DNA of 64,000 nucleotides from Meyerozyma guilliermondii (Eukaryota): NCBI GenBank assembly GCA_051546255.1, contig CP128821.1, positions 620,001 to 684,000 of the forward strand, read 5' to 3'. Shown piece by piece: positions 39,933 to 50,882 of this stretch (position 1 is its first letter; each line of letters starts with the position of its first letter). The notes under the pieces were generated by a model. It saw only the letters and a program-made list of their open reading frames with translations, ran no database searches and was not told where the DNA came from. The position numbers and the translations under genes were made by a program.

Positions 39933-40516
39933 TGTCATTTTCGTCATTACGATTTGTGGCTTACGTCATTTACGATGACTCCCCAATAATCTTACGCACG
40001 GCTCGCCGCTTACCTAATCGCACTTTCATGCACCTCGTGCATAATGAATGATAGACGGCTGAATGTAATTTGAAATTGCAGCTTCGCCAGTACAGGCGAA
40101 GTGTCCACGAGGCGCAAGTACACGGAGATTTAAACAAGAACACGAAACAAGTTTATCATAAGACTATGTTATCAATGATTTGTCTTTGGCTGCGAATTGT
40201 TTCAAGATTTGGCTAAAGTTCTGCATATAATCAACTCAACTCTTTTCCGTCAAAAACCATGAACTTCCCACCAAATCTCGAACACAGCTACCTCTGACCA
40301 CGAATAAGGCTTCATCCCAATTTCGGACCGTTGTGACCGTTGCTGGCAGTGCAAAGTCGAATGACTCCACAGCTGTCTGCAACAAGCGACCCGGGCTCGC
40401 AACGCATACGTCAGATATGCCGTGTGGGCGCGATTAGGTAAGTGGCGCAGAGGGGTGATTCTGCAAATATAAAAGAACGATGGGTTTCCCTGATTCAAAC
40501 AGCAACATCAAGCAAC

Positions 40517-41446
40517 ATGGGTTTTGATTCAGTTCCTTCAGGAATTGCCGCTTCAATATTTTTGGCGTTATACACAATATACTTTGCATTTACACTTGCT
40601 ATAGTAATTAAAAAGGGTATTAAAAGTGTCTATTCGATGCTCTTACTTTTTGGAGTTTTCAGAGTGGTTGGACAAATGAGTGCGGTTATTTTCGCCAAGC
40701 TTGGGGCTAAACATTGGCAATGGCTCATTGTGTACTTGGTTTTCAGCGCGGAAGGCTACTTTGTTTTGGTGCTTACAACGTTTAGGTTTCTCACTATTGC
40801 CCAGAAAAGACGGCATGGAACTTCGTGGATTCGGCCCACCGATGAAGAAATGGCCAAAAGAAGGGCTGGAGTCACTTCGCTTTGGGGTCGGTACAAGACT
40901 TGCAGTCTTTCAAAGAACTTTCATTCCGTTTTGATCCCAGCAAATGCGTTTCTCGTTGCTGGTGGTTCCATGTTGGCAGGTATTGACGTTAACCAAATCG
41001 ATAAAGAGCACAACAAGATCTCAGCATCCAAGGGTCTTCGTACCGCAGGACAGGCGATTTTCTTGGCGGAAACTTTTGTCACCGTATGGTTACTTTTGTA
41101 CTGCATGATTAAGGAAGACGTCAGAGACCATACCACATACTTGATTGCATTGGCTTCACCATTTCTCATTGTCAGAGGTGTAGCTGGAGTATTGGCCATC
41201 TACATCAAGCAAATGAACTACTACGACATGAGAAACTACACTTCTGAAGGACTATCACCGAAATTTGTCGTTTACGAATATACCTTGACTGCGACAATGG
41301 AATTTGTTGCTGCCGCCATTTTGATTTCAAATTACTACATTGAAAGCTACCGCATAAAGAGAGGTGCCGTGTACGACCGCGAGGAACAACAGGACCTCAA
41401 AGCAAAGAACTCGGCTGATGATACTGTTTCGTCGGAGTCAAAGTAG
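40517..41446 (+). CDS. Uncharacterised multi-pass (about 7 TM) membrane protein, RTA1-like topology
   Basis: Seven hydrophobic segments, FRVVGQ, GLRTAGQAIFL, PFLIVRG, TATMEF; TATAAAA near 40468. Confidence 0.7.
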   Translation: MGFDSVPSGIAASIFLALYTIYFAFTLAIVIKKGIKSVYSMLLLFGVFRVVGQMSAVIFAKLGAKHWQWLIVYLVFSAEGYFVLVLTTFRFLTIAQKRRHGTSWIRPTDEEMAKRRAGVTSLWGRYKTCSLSKNFHSVLIPANAFLVAGGSMLAGIDVNQIDKEHNKISASKGLRTAGQAIFLAETFVTVWLLLYCMIKEDVRDHTTYLIALASPFLIVRGVAGVLAIYIKQMNYYDMRNYTSEGLSPKFVVYEYTLTATMEFVAAAILISNYYIESYRIKRGAVYDREEQQDLKAKNSADDTVSSESK

Positions 41447-41591
41447 CTTATGTAATTTTTTGGCAGCGGGGACTTTTGGCAGCGGGGGACCCGCTGTGGG
41501 GCGCGCCGGTACCGGGGCGGTACCGGCGTTCGTTTTGAAATACTAATCGTGGGTATATAGGGCAATAAAATGACCACAAATGCACTCAATT

Positions 41592-42509
41592 ATGGCAACA
41601 TACTCAGAAACAAATTTCAACACCAAACATTACGACGAATCCAGGCCCAATTACCCTGACCTGTTCTACTCTACCTTGATGCAGTACCACTCAGAAGGAG
41701 GAACTGGAACCCAATTGGCAATTGATATTGGGTGTGGGTCAGGGTTTGTCGCCTTCAAGTTGACGCAATACTTTGACAAAGTCATTGGAACAGATATTTC
41801 GCAAACTATGATCGACTCGTGTTGCAACAACCCATTGGCTGCAAATAAACCGATCAACTTTTTCCGTGCTCCAGCTGAAAAGTTTCCTTCTGTGGTAGAA
41901 GAGGACTCGGTTGATTTGGTTACGGGTGCCGAATGCTGTCATTGGGTTAATCATGAAAAATTTTTCAACGAAACTGCTCGAATTCTCAAACCCAATGGAA
42001 CCTTGGCTTACTGGTTTTACGGAGACCCAGTCTTTATGGACAGTGAGCGAGCAAACGAGATTTATATGAACTACTGCTACAACTCCTCGCAAGAAATGTA
42101 CCCTGGCGAACCATTTGAGCGGTATATGGGACCTTACTATGAGCAGCCAGGACACGAATATTTCAGAATTTTGTTGAATAACGTTCAAGTTCCTTCCGAC
42201 AAGTTCCATAGTGTTGTGCGCAACGAGTACAGGCCCGACAGAGACGGAGAAAACACCGGATTGACGTCGTTAAAAATAGAAAAAATTTGGACCCTTGACA
42301 TGTTTCGCAATTATGTCAAATCATGGAGTGCATACCATGCATGGATGAAAGATCACGGAACAAAATACGACATTGCCGATGCGTTTATTGACGAGCTCAA
42401 GGCCGAATGTGGGTGGGAAAACGACACGGAATTGCGTCTTGTGTTTCCAACAGTTTATACGTTTGCGAGGAAAGGTTGCAAGGTGCGGCGCGAATGCGGC
42501 GCGCAGTGA
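41592..42509 (+). CDS. TMT1: SAM-dependent methyltransferase, trans-aconitate 3-methyltransferase (Tmt1/Crg1 family)
   Basis: YDESRPNYP, AIDIGCGSG, AECCHW, PYYEQPG, YVKSWSAYHAW. Confidence 0.8.
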   Translation: MATYSETNFNTKHYDESRPNYPDLFYSTLMQYHSEGGTGTQLAIDIGCGSGFVAFKLTQYFDKVIGTDISQTMIDSCCNNPLAANKPINFFRAPAEKFPSVVEEDSVDLVTGAECCHWVNHEKFFNETARILKPNGTLAYWFYGDPVFMDSERANEIYMNYCYNSSQEMYPGEPFERYMGPYYEQPGHEYFRILLNNVQVPSDKFHSVVRNEYRPDRDGENTGLTSLKIEKIWTLDMFRNYVKSWSAYHAWMKDHGTKYDIADAFIDELKAECGWENDTELRLVFPTVYTFARKGCKVRRECGAQ

Positions 42510-42549
42510 CAAATTACGCCGCAACGCGCAGCCAATGACATAAGCAGCC

Positions 42550-42585
42550 TTAGTAAGATTGACTAAGTTTACAAGAATTTACAAA
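42550..42585. promoter_or_regulatory. Cluster of Yap1/Cap1 response elements upstream of pirin
   Basis: TTAGTAA 42550-42556, TGACTAA 42560-42566, TTACAAA 42579-42585. Confidence 0.6.
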
Positions 42586-42689
42586 TCGTGTAACATACTT
42601 TGTAATAACAACTTTATATTTGAGTGACCTGTTTTCTGGGTATATATATGACCCGCGTGGCGCTAGCAGCATTCATATCTATTATTTTA

Positions 42690-43697
42690 ATGGTAGCACA
42701 AGCAACAGAAAACATGAAATTAAGAACGATCAAGACCATCGTCAAGGCAATTGAAAGACCTGAAGGTGCTGGAGCAACAGTACGTAGGTCAATTGGTGTT
42801 GGTCAGATGAGAAAATTCAACCCGTTTTTGATGTTTGATCACTTTTCCAGCGCGGGAACTAACGGATTTCCTCATCATCCTCATCTTGGTCAAGAGACCA
42901 TCACCTTGATAACCAAAGGTGCCATGGCTCACGAGGACTTTACAGGCTCAAAAGGCATTTTGTATGCTGGAGATCTCCAGTTTATGACGGCAGGAAGAGG
43001 CATTGTTCACTCGGAGATGCCTGTGCAACAAGAAGACGGAAGTCCCACCGTTGGGCTCCAGCTTTGGGTTGATTTACCCCAGCAATTAAAAGAGACCGAG
43101 CCTCGATACCGTGATTTGCGAGAGTGGGAAGTACCACAAGTGGTGGAACAGGACGGAAAACTCAAGGTGAAGGTTATTTCCGGAAAAAGTTATGGGGTTG
43201 AGTCTGTCAAGGACTTGGCTTATACTCCAGTTCAATACTACCATGTGACCATGAAACCAGGTGCCAAGTTTGAGCAGGACTTACCCGAGGACTACAACTT
43301 TTTTTTGTACGTTATGGAAGGAGATGGGCTTGTTTTAAACGAAAATTCTCCGGTGGGCCAATTTGACAATGCGTTCTTGAACAGAGACGGCAATCATATA
43401 AGTGGAGAAAACACCGGCCAAAATGATGTTGAATTCATTTTGATTGGAGGAGAGATCTTGGACCAGCACACGGTGCATTATGGGCCTTTCGTGGCTTCCA
43501 ATACTCCAAGAATAGAGAAGGCATTTGCTGATTTTCAGTATGGTAGAAATGGATTTGAAAACGTCAAGACATGGAACTCGTTGATTTCCGAAGGTGTGAC
43601 GAAGGAAATGATCGAGGGAGAGTTGGACGGTAATTTGGAGAAGAGAGAAAAGACCAGACAAGCGTATCTTCAGAGAAATGCAAAAGATGAGCTCTAG
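42690..43697 (+). CDS. Pirin (bicupin, PRN family)
   Basis: EGAGATVRRSIG, PFLMFDHF, GFPHHPHLGQETIT, QFMTAGRGIVHSEMP, LQLWVDLP, YGPFV. Start 42690 or 42714. Confidence 0.93.
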   Translation: MVAQATENMKLRTIKTIVKAIERPEGAGATVRRSIGVGQMRKFNPFLMFDHFSSAGTNGFPHHPHLGQETITLITKGAMAHEDFTGSKGILYAGDLQFMTAGRGIVHSEMPVQQEDGSPTVGLQLWVDLPQQLKETEPRYRDLREWEVPQVVEQDGKLKVKVISGKSYGVESVKDLAYTPVQYYHVTMKPGAKFEQDLPEDYNFFLYVMEGDGLVLNENSPVGQFDNAFLNRDGNHISGENTGQNDVEFILIGGEILDQHTVHYGPFVASNTPRIEKAFADFQYGRNGFENVKTWNSLISEGVTKEMIEGELDGNLEKREKTRQAYLQRNAKDEL

Positions 43698-43940
43698 CTA
43701 GCCGCGTTAGCGGCTAGCGACTAGCAGCTAGCAGAGCGAGCTAGCGAGCATAAGTTAAGTTGGCTATAGTAAAGTGGCTTTACCAGGGTATATAGGAGTT
43801 GATTTAGAATTGAAAAGTTGAATTATTGGTTTCATTCGTAGTTGTTTCTGATTTTTTCACTCTTTTCTCTTTTCATTAATCTCACTGCTTTCTCATTTTT
43901 CACTGCTCTCTCTTCTCACTTTTCTTCTCACTTTTTCTTT

Positions 43941-43964
43941 TCGCGAAATTCAATCAAACCGCGT
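43941..43964. promoter_or_regulatory. SCB/MCB-like G1/S elements upstream of POL32
   Basis: TCGCGAAA and CCGCGT within 65 bp of the ATG of a replication gene. Confidence 0.45.
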
Positions 43965-44005
43965 ACATTTCATATCACTTTCCTTCACCACCACAACTAA
44001 AAAAC

Positions 44006-45118
44006 ATGACCATGGATGCTGATCCCAAAAGCGTCGAGTACCTCTCTAGTGTGTTATTTGAAGCCAAGAAGCCCATCACCTATGTGGGATTTTCAAGATC
44101 TCGTCATCTCCATGTCAACCGTGCCAAGGTGATTCTATACGAATTTTACAAAGCAAACTCGGAGCGTCTACAGGGCACTTTTATTGTTACTGGCGTTGCA
44201 AAGGATGGCAGCACGTTGATTCGGTACGCAAAAACCGAAAATTCGTTGGCTGAGACCACCAAACTGTTTGATGCTGTGCACACAATCCACATTTATCTGG
44301 TCAGTTCCAAGGATTTACGTCTCACGACAACAGACATATCATTGGAAGACACCAAGCACAGAATTGACCATCAAAACATTGAAGATTATGAGAAATGGGG
44401 GTTAATTCGAGGCCCCAAATTGGTGGTTACTGCTGCGAAAATTGAACAAAACCAAGTTTCGAGCTCAATTACTCAACCACCGGCTCCTACAACAAAAAAG
44501 CTGACTCCAGCTAAAACTGAAAAGTCTGCTGGGCTTACATCAGGCTATGTTTCTCGCAAAGCGGCAAACACTTCCAAAACCACCACTTCGAAATCAGCTT
44601 CGAAACCAGCGAAACCAACTTCAACCTACCAGTACCAGTCACGCAAGGCTGCTAAGCGAGAGCCTGCCGAACGGGTGATCGCTAGTGTTCCTGATGACGA
44701 CGTAGAGGATGTTGAAGATTTGGAAACGGCTCCTCGTAAAAAGCCACAGACCGATCTCAATCAATTGTTCATGGATGATTTCAGCGATGAAGAACCAGCA
44801 AAAGAACCAACAATGGAAGAAGACATTGAGGAGAACAAGGCGGTTATTTCGGATCCAGAAATCGTTGATCCGCCAACGAACAATGTTGATCATGGTGCCA
44901 AGCAGCCCAGTCCTGCAGACAACGAGGCCTCGGTTGCAACCACCAACTTTGACGAGATCGATGAAGATGGCTACATTGTTGCGAGAAAACCACAAAACGA
45001 ACCCAAATCGAAAAAGACACCTGTGGCAACTCCAGCCAAACGAACCGTGACGCAAAAACCGTCGGGAAAAAAGCAAAAGACTCAACTGTCACTCATGAAC
45101 TTTTTTGGCGGAAAGTAA
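44006..45118 (+). CDS. POL32: DNA polymerase delta subunit 3
   Basis: N-terminal SRHLHVNRAKVILYEF (Cdc27 domain), DEDGYIV, C-terminal PIP box QSSLMNFF (CTG=Ser). Confidence 0.85.
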   Translation: MTMDADPKSVEYLSSVLFEAKKPITYVGFSRSRHLHVNRAKVILYEFYKANSERLQGTFIVTGVAKDGSTLIRYAKTENSLAETTKLFDAVHTIHIYLVSSKDLRLTTTDISLEDTKHRIDHQNIEDYEKWGLIRGPKLVVTAAKIEQNQVSSSITQPPAPTTKKLTPAKTEKSAGLTSGYVSRKAANTSKTTTSKSASKPAKPTSTYQYQSRKAAKREPAERVIASVPDDDVEDVEDLETAPRKKPQTDLNQLFMDDFSDEEPAKEPTMEEDIEENKAVISDPEIVDPPTNNVDHGAKQPSPADNEASVATTNFDEIDEDGYIVARKPQNEPKSKKTPVATPAKRTVTQKPSGKKQKTQLSLMNFFGGK

Positions 45119-45483
45119 TCCGACCCACGAGATTCCTGTAGCACCTGCCATACCCCTCATAACTCGTTTCTGGCTCCATTCAAGTGTAAACACCAGCCAA
45201 GTGAAGTTGCAAAAATCAATCGCTAAAGTTTCATAACCTTTCCCAATGAGGAAATTATCTTACGATGTCGCACTTCATTAACCTTCCCGATACGGAAACA
45301 TACTACAAGTCAAGGGCATAAACATCCATAATGTGACCAGAACAGGTAATTCCAACGACGGCTGGATCCAACTCGAGGGTTTCATTATTTTATAAAAAGG
45401 TGGACCCCCTTCCATGCACGTATCTCAAGCAGGCTTGCGTGCAACTGTCCCTCGTTAAATCTATTATCTAATTCCGTTGAACC

Positions 45484-46584
45484 ATGAAATTACTGTCCGC
45501 TTCTTTAGCCATTGCCTTGGCTTCTACCACGGTGGTCAATGCTGCTCCTACAGTGGCCTCAAATGAAGTTGTCAAAAGAGAGCAAGTGGATGAGCTCCAT
45601 AGTGCAATTGCTGAGCTCCAAAATTATCGCGAAAAGAGAGATCAGCTTGAAGGTGATATTGCCAAGCGTGAGTACCAGATAGTAACCAATATCTTGAGTG
45701 CTCTTAATGACACTGGAATTGTGCCCAAGGTTCTTTCCTACGCTGTATCGAACCAGACCTTACAGCCAATTCTCATCAATGCCGTGGTTGGAGTTTTGAA
45801 ATCTGGTATTATCAACTTACAGGCGGTGTTTGATGTGTTGGACAAGTCAAATCTCGTTTACGACGTTATCGAGGGTCTTATTTCCGACTGTACTTTCTAC
45901 GAATCGCTCTTCAAGGTTGCAGAAACCGTCATTGGCGATTTGCTCGGCAAGGTTACTAGCGGTGCCAAACGTGAAATAGACCTTAATGAGGTTAGAGCGC
46001 TCATGGACAGTGAAACTTATGACTTTGAGTTTGAAGCCGTGGACAAGAGAGATCTCTCCGACGTTGTGGTTAATATTCTCGGGTCATTGTCGGACTCTGG
46101 GTTGGCCACCTCGGTTGTCAAGGCGGTTCTCAACGACCCCAACTTTCTCAGTTTTGGTGCTGCGTTGGTGAAAGCCGTGGTTCAAAGTGGAGCTTTGCCA
46201 TTAAGTGAAATCATCAATGCCATCAAACAGTCCAATTTTGTGGGAGACTTGTTGAAACAACTTTTGACTCTTAACAATGGTAAGACTATTGTGACAAATT
46301 TGTTCGCTGCATACTCTGGAAAATGTTCTTCCTCAGGCTACACTCCATCTACATCTTCAAACTCCACCTCGCTGGGTTTGGGATTGGGTGGACTTGCTAG
46401 TGGTCTTTTGGGAGGACTTCTTGGTGGAAGTGACACCAGCCCTACCACAACTGCAAAAGTAGTGGCCCTGAGCACAGCTTACGCAGGAACTCCAGTTGCA
46501 GCCCCCACTTCGCCAGCAGCTACAGTAGACCCATGTGTTAAGAGAGTCAAGAGAAGGGTCAGAAGAAGATCATACAACTACTAA
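45484..46584 (+). CDS. Secreted OP4/Ops4-like protein with multiple Kex2 sites
   Basis: Signal peptide ending NAAP; at least five KR sites; helical repeats ALNDTGIV, VLKSGII, LSDSGLA; Ser/Thr region and basic tail. Confidence 0.7.
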   Translation: MKLLSASLAIALASTTVVNAAPTVASNEVVKREQVDELHSAIAELQNYREKRDQLEGDIAKREYQIVTNILSALNDTGIVPKVLSYAVSNQTLQPILINAVVGVLKSGIINLQAVFDVLDKSNLVYDVIEGLISDCTFYESLFKVAETVIGDLLGKVTSGAKREIDLNEVRALMDSETYDFEFEAVDKRDLSDVVVNILGSLSDSGLATSVVKAVLNDPNFLSFGAALVKAVVQSGALPLSEIINAIKQSNFVGDLLKQLLTLNNGKTIVTNLFAAYSGKCSSSGYTPSTSSNSTSLGLGLGGLASGLLGGLLGGSDTSPTTTAKVVALSTAYAGTPVAAPTSPAATVDPCVKRVKRRVRRRSYNY

Positions 46585-46780
46585 TGATCCATACCATATG
46601 TTTATTTTCTTCTTGTCGGTTATTATTATTGAATGAATAAAAGTATTTTTCGCGGTAATTGTTTAAGAGGTTGCAGCCATTTGCCTAATTAGGCAATGTC
46701 ATAACAGCCAAGTTTGTAATTAAAATACCCGATTGCGAAGTCAAACTTTCTTTACCACTATCGCCAGATGGCCCTTAGCT

Positions 46781-48616
46781 ATGTCCAACAGCCCTACCAA
46801 ACCAGAACTACTGGCAGAATTTGTGTCGCCGTCAAAACGCATCAAGCAGATTTTTCGCAACCGCGATTCAAATCCTTCCATTGAAAGCATATCTGAAGCA
46901 CCAGAACATCCGTTCGAGCCTGAGCATGCCACGGCTTCTGAATTGTTCCCCAGTAAGTCTCCAGCAAGGTCAATAACCAGCGGCTTCAGTAACTTCATGA
47001 GAAACCGAAACTCTCGTCCTTCGGTGTCGCTGGAGCTTCGAAGTTCCAATGAAGCATTGCCGCAAATTATACAAAAAAAAGACCCTGTTCGAGTCGAGGA
47101 CTTTGCCGACTCTTCTGAGGGCAGCCACGAGTACGACTCTGACTCGGTCAACTCCATTCTTGAAGAATATGAAGTTAAACCGCAACCTGCTGAAAAGAAG
47201 GAATTTGTCTTCCAAGAGAATTTCGATGAATCCGCCGAACTGGGTACTCGGCCTATTACCATGTCATCCATGTCATCTGCTTCAGTCTACCATGACTGTA
47301 CCCAAACTCTACCCACAAGTGGTCCCGCTAATCGACATAATTCCAGAAGACACACCGTGCTCAGCAGCTCTTCAAACATCGATGAAGATAAAAGCATTCT
47401 GATGATATCCACCATTTCCACCGTCGCAGAAAGAAGCGGCGATATACGGTACCCAGACCCGGAAATAACTGTCAACGATACCCCAATCAAGAGCCAAGAA
47501 AATACTTCCATGGACCGAATCGACGACAACCCTGTTCAGCTCCAGCAACCCCAGCAACTCCACAACGAAAGAGAGAGAAACAGTGCCTATACACACCGGT
47601 CTTCTATTTCTTCCGGAGAGCTTTTGAGCCGGCTCGAAGCATCCTATGACGTTTCTGGAAGAAGACAAATGCGGCCGGTTAGCGGCCTCAACAATTTTAC
47701 CGCTCGTTTAGATTCACGAACTGAGCTTCCTGTAATGTTGTACCGAGTGGAAAACGAAAGCTTTGACGAGAAACGGTGGTCTTTGGTGGAATCCCAGAGA
47801 GATTCTGCAAGGGAACGAAAAAGCGACAACATTGGGTCTCACGACTCCAGTGCGTCGAATGAGTCCACCAGATTATACCCAGGACAAAAAATGTCCATAC
47901 AAACGGACCACAGCGAGTCGAGCTCTAGCGGTGTAGATCCACAAGCAAAGAGTCCTCAGTATAGCAACTTGCAAGGACGCTTTCAACCACATCAAATTGG
48001 GGGAGATGGTCAAGGAGACGGCCATGGAGAAGGCCGACCAGACGGGTCTGGTTCCGGTTCCGGTTCCGGTTCCGGTACTAATTCTGGTCGTGGTTCTGGT
48101 TCGGGTTCGTCTAGTGGACCCGTTTCGGGAAGTAGTCACCAAAAGTCATCGATCCAAAGCTATTTCGAACGACTTCAGGAATCCAAAAAAAACCACAGTC
48201 CGCAATCGAAACCTGCTCCATATATGGATAACAAATCCGGTCCAAATCATCCAAACTTAGAAAAATCTCCCGAGTTCATTACAAAACCCCCACGGACTGA
48301 AAAGCTTCGTGATAGCGAAGAAAGAAGGACTTCCCACGAACGCATGTTTTATGAAAAAGACATCTTTCATCTGCCTCCCATCTCTAAAAGATACCATTCT
48401 TGGTACTATTTTCTCCTAATTATGATTGTGGGCCTTGTGGCTCCTCCAGTATACTACTTGGTCACTTTGGGAGTCATGGACCGAAGAAGAAGTCGCCACG
48501 GTCCACAACCAAGGTTTCTGCGTGGACAGAAACTTGTCAGTTTGGTCATTGCAATAGTATGGATATTGGTTGTATTGGCGATGATAGGAGTTGGATTTGG
48601 GATTGGAACGAGCTAG
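46781..48616 (+). CDS. Ser-rich protein with two C-terminal TM helices, Bud8/Bud9-like landmark
   Basis: Long disordered N-terminus; GLVAPPVYY first helix and terminal AMIGVGFGIG resemble Bud8/9; internal GS repeat. Confidence 0.5.
   Translation: MSNSPTKPELLAEFVSPSKRIKQIFRNRDSNPSIESISEAPEHPFEPEHATASELFPSKSPARSITSGFSNFMRNRNSRPSVSLELRSSNEALPQIIQKKDPVRVEDFADSSEGSHEYDSDSVNSILEEYEVKPQPAEKKEFVFQENFDESAELGTRPITMSSMSSASVYHDCTQTLPTSGPANRHNSRRHTVLSSSSNIDEDKSILMISTISTVAERSGDIRYPDPEITVNDTPIKSQENTSMDRIDDNPVQLQQPQQLHNERERNSAYTHRSSISSGELLSRLEASYDVSGRRQMRPVSGLNNFTARLDSRTELPVMLYRVENESFDEKRWSLVESQRDSARERKSDNIGSHDSSASNESTRLYPGQKMSIQTDHSESSSSGVDPQAKSPQYSNLQGRFQPHQIGGDGQGDGHGEGRPDGSGSGSGSGSGTNSGRGSGSGSSSGPVSGSSHQKSSIQSYFERLQESKKNHSPQSKPAPYMDNKSGPNHPNLEKSPEFITKPPRTEKLRDSEERRTSHERMFYEKDIFHLPPISKRYHSWYYFLLIMIVGLVAPPVYYLVTLGVMDRRRSRHGPQPRFLRGQKLVSLVIAIVWILVVLAMIGVGFGIGTS
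48045..48109. repeat. Coding hexamer repeat (GGTTCC)n encoding Gly-Ser
   Basis: ggttccggttccggttccggttccggt read directly, followed by degenerate copies. Confidence 0.85.
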
Positions 48617-48927
48617 CTAATAATAGATACCCAAAAAAAAACTTTTTACATGAATTAATTTTTCTATTCTCTTTTTTCTTTTCTCTCTCTTTTGCAACTA
48701 GTCTTCCTTTGTCTTTGCAACCGAGCGTTGTCCCGTTCCTGCACACGATCCTCCCGGGTAACCTCGCAACCTGGGGTAATAGGCGCACGATACAACTATA
48801 CTAGGACATAGGGGCTTTATAGAAACAAACCGCCACTTCTTTTCCAAGCTTTTTTCATCAAGTATTTTTGTGCGTACAGCCCCACATATTCATATCTATA
48901 TCCACTTATATACCCACTACCATCCTC

Positions 48928-50229
48928 ATGGGTAACGTTCCTGCTAAGGAGGGTCGCAGTCGATCCAGCACATTTTCCGGAACTGGTGCTGAAATCGTCA
49001 CCAGAAGTGCTCGAAGAAACACCACATCTTCAGCAGATGTCAAGAAACTGCTGAGGAAACTGGAGGAGAAAGATCGGCTTCGGGAAAAACACTGGCGTGA
49101 TTTGGTGGTCCGTCTTCATGAAAATGTAGATGGCGGTTATCTTGCGCCATACGGAACCTATAAATCCAATCTCGATTTTGATACCGAGGTGGTACGTCGG
49201 TTGGTGATTAATCGGCAGCTAGCGCCATTCTACACTCCTCTTAATGACTTTGATCCTACGTGGACTACAGAAGAACTTCTCGTCATTCTCTCGCAACTCC
49301 CGCTTCACTCCATAGAAGATGCATATAGCGACGCGGAACTGGAGGAAGATGACGTTGATAACCACAAGATCCACAAGTCCAACAACTATTACCGGCGCCA
49401 GGAACAAAAACGCAAACTCAAGCACCTGATGGAAACGGCGAAACAGGCTCAAAAGGAAGAAGAGACAGCACTTCTCCACCAAAAAATGTTGTTGAAGCAA
49501 GGCGGCCAGGTGTCGTCGTCGCTTCCCTCAAAGGACCTTCTTCTCCGGCTTTATTCCGATGCTCTGGAATGCCCCATCTGTTTTCTTTATTACCCTTCGA
49601 ATCTCAACATCTCGCGCTGTTGTCTCCAACCCATCTGCACCGAATGTTTTGTCCAGATCAAGCGGCTAGACCCCCATCCTCCCCACGATGATGCACTGAA
49701 CCAGCCCAATGGCGACTCGCTTCCTCATACTCTCATCTCGGAGCCGGCGCATTGCCCGTACTGTGCCATGGCAGACTTTGGAGTAATCTACGATCCTCTC
49801 AGCGATTTACGGACCGGTATCAATGGAAAATGCAGCCCTGGAGAATATAGGATGCCAGAGCATTCCGATGCCAAATCAGATGTTCAATCTGTTAAAAAAC
49901 GGCCAAGGCGTAAATCGATGGCAGCGACAGATCCGGGCATCATCACCGTCGACAATATTCGGCCCGATTGGGAACAGAAACTCATCTCGGCCAAAAACAA
50001 ACTAGCGCGCAAGGCAGCCGCTGCCAGTGCCATCCACGCATCCAACTTGATCTTAAACGGCGACGACTCGCAAACTAGCTCGCAACAGTCTCGGTTACGG
50101 CTGCGAAATTCGGGAGGTCAAACATACAACACCATTGAAGAGAGAATGATCGAAGAAGCATTACGGTTATCGCTATTAGACGAAGAAGAGCGGCGCAGAA
50201 AGGAGCGAGAAAATCTGCTGAAAGACTAG
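48928..50229 (+). CDS. SIP5: Snf1/Reg1-interacting protein Sip5
   Basis: MGNVPAKE, ENVDGGYLAPYG, RQLAPFYTPL, RING-like CPICFLYYP...CCLQPICTECFVQIKRLDPH, C-terminal UIM-like IEEALRLSL. Confidence 0.92.
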   Translation: MGNVPAKEGRSRSSTFSGTGAEIVTRSARRNTTSSADVKKLLRKLEEKDRLREKHWRDLVVRLHENVDGGYLAPYGTYKSNLDFDTEVVRRLVINRQLAPFYTPLNDFDPTWTTEELLVILSQLPLHSIEDAYSDAELEEDDVDNHKIHKSNNYYRRQEQKRKLKHLMETAKQAQKEEETALLHQKMLLKQGGQVSSSLPSKDLLLRLYSDALECPICFLYYPSNLNISRCCLQPICTECFVQIKRLDPHPPHDDALNQPNGDSLPHTLISEPAHCPYCAMADFGVIYDPLSDLRTGINGKCSPGEYRMPEHSDAKSDVQSVKKRPRRKSMAATDPGIITVDNIRPDWEQKLISAKNKLARKAAAASAIHASNLILNGDDSQTSSQQSRLRLRNSGGQTYNTIEERMIEEALRLSLLDEEERRRKERENLLKD

Positions 50230-50882
50230 GATATATAGAATGAATAACGGATTATGTTGAAAAATCGCACCATACATGGACCTGCGTTTACGGCTGCGGC
50301 CCGCGAAAAATCGATGAAAAATCGATGGGAAAAAATCGCAAGGTGCTTGGGTGCACATGCCAACAGCCCAGCGAAGCGAGTCTATGCAAAGCCGCGCAAT
50401 GCAATGCCACTTCTGGGGCAGTAAAAGGTCTGGAATTGCCCTGGCAGACAGAAACTTTCTTAAAAGTCCAGCTGTAATTGAGTCTACGTCGCCGTCGCGC
50501 GCGTCTGTTCCCATCCCAAAACGGATAAGTAGACGACGAACCTGCGTCTTAAACGATGTAAATCTTACCGCGTGTCATGCATAGTTACCCCTTTTTGAAA
50601 GGGTGAACCGCCTGCGCCGCTGACAGTGCGGCGTAACTCCTGGCTAGTGCAGGAATTCTAGGTTTTCATGCATGTTGAGGCATTGGCCCGTCTCACCCTT
50701 CTGGTGCCTGTGCATGAGGATGCGTCTCCGTGCATCAATTCTTTTCAATCGCTCACAAACAATTGTTCATTGTAATTTTAAAAACTCATTTATTGTCCTT
50801 CTTGGTGTAAAATTGTCGCCGCAAATTACCAACAAATTCATTCCCGTTGGCATATAGCCTATGCGTCAAGATTAGTCTTCAT

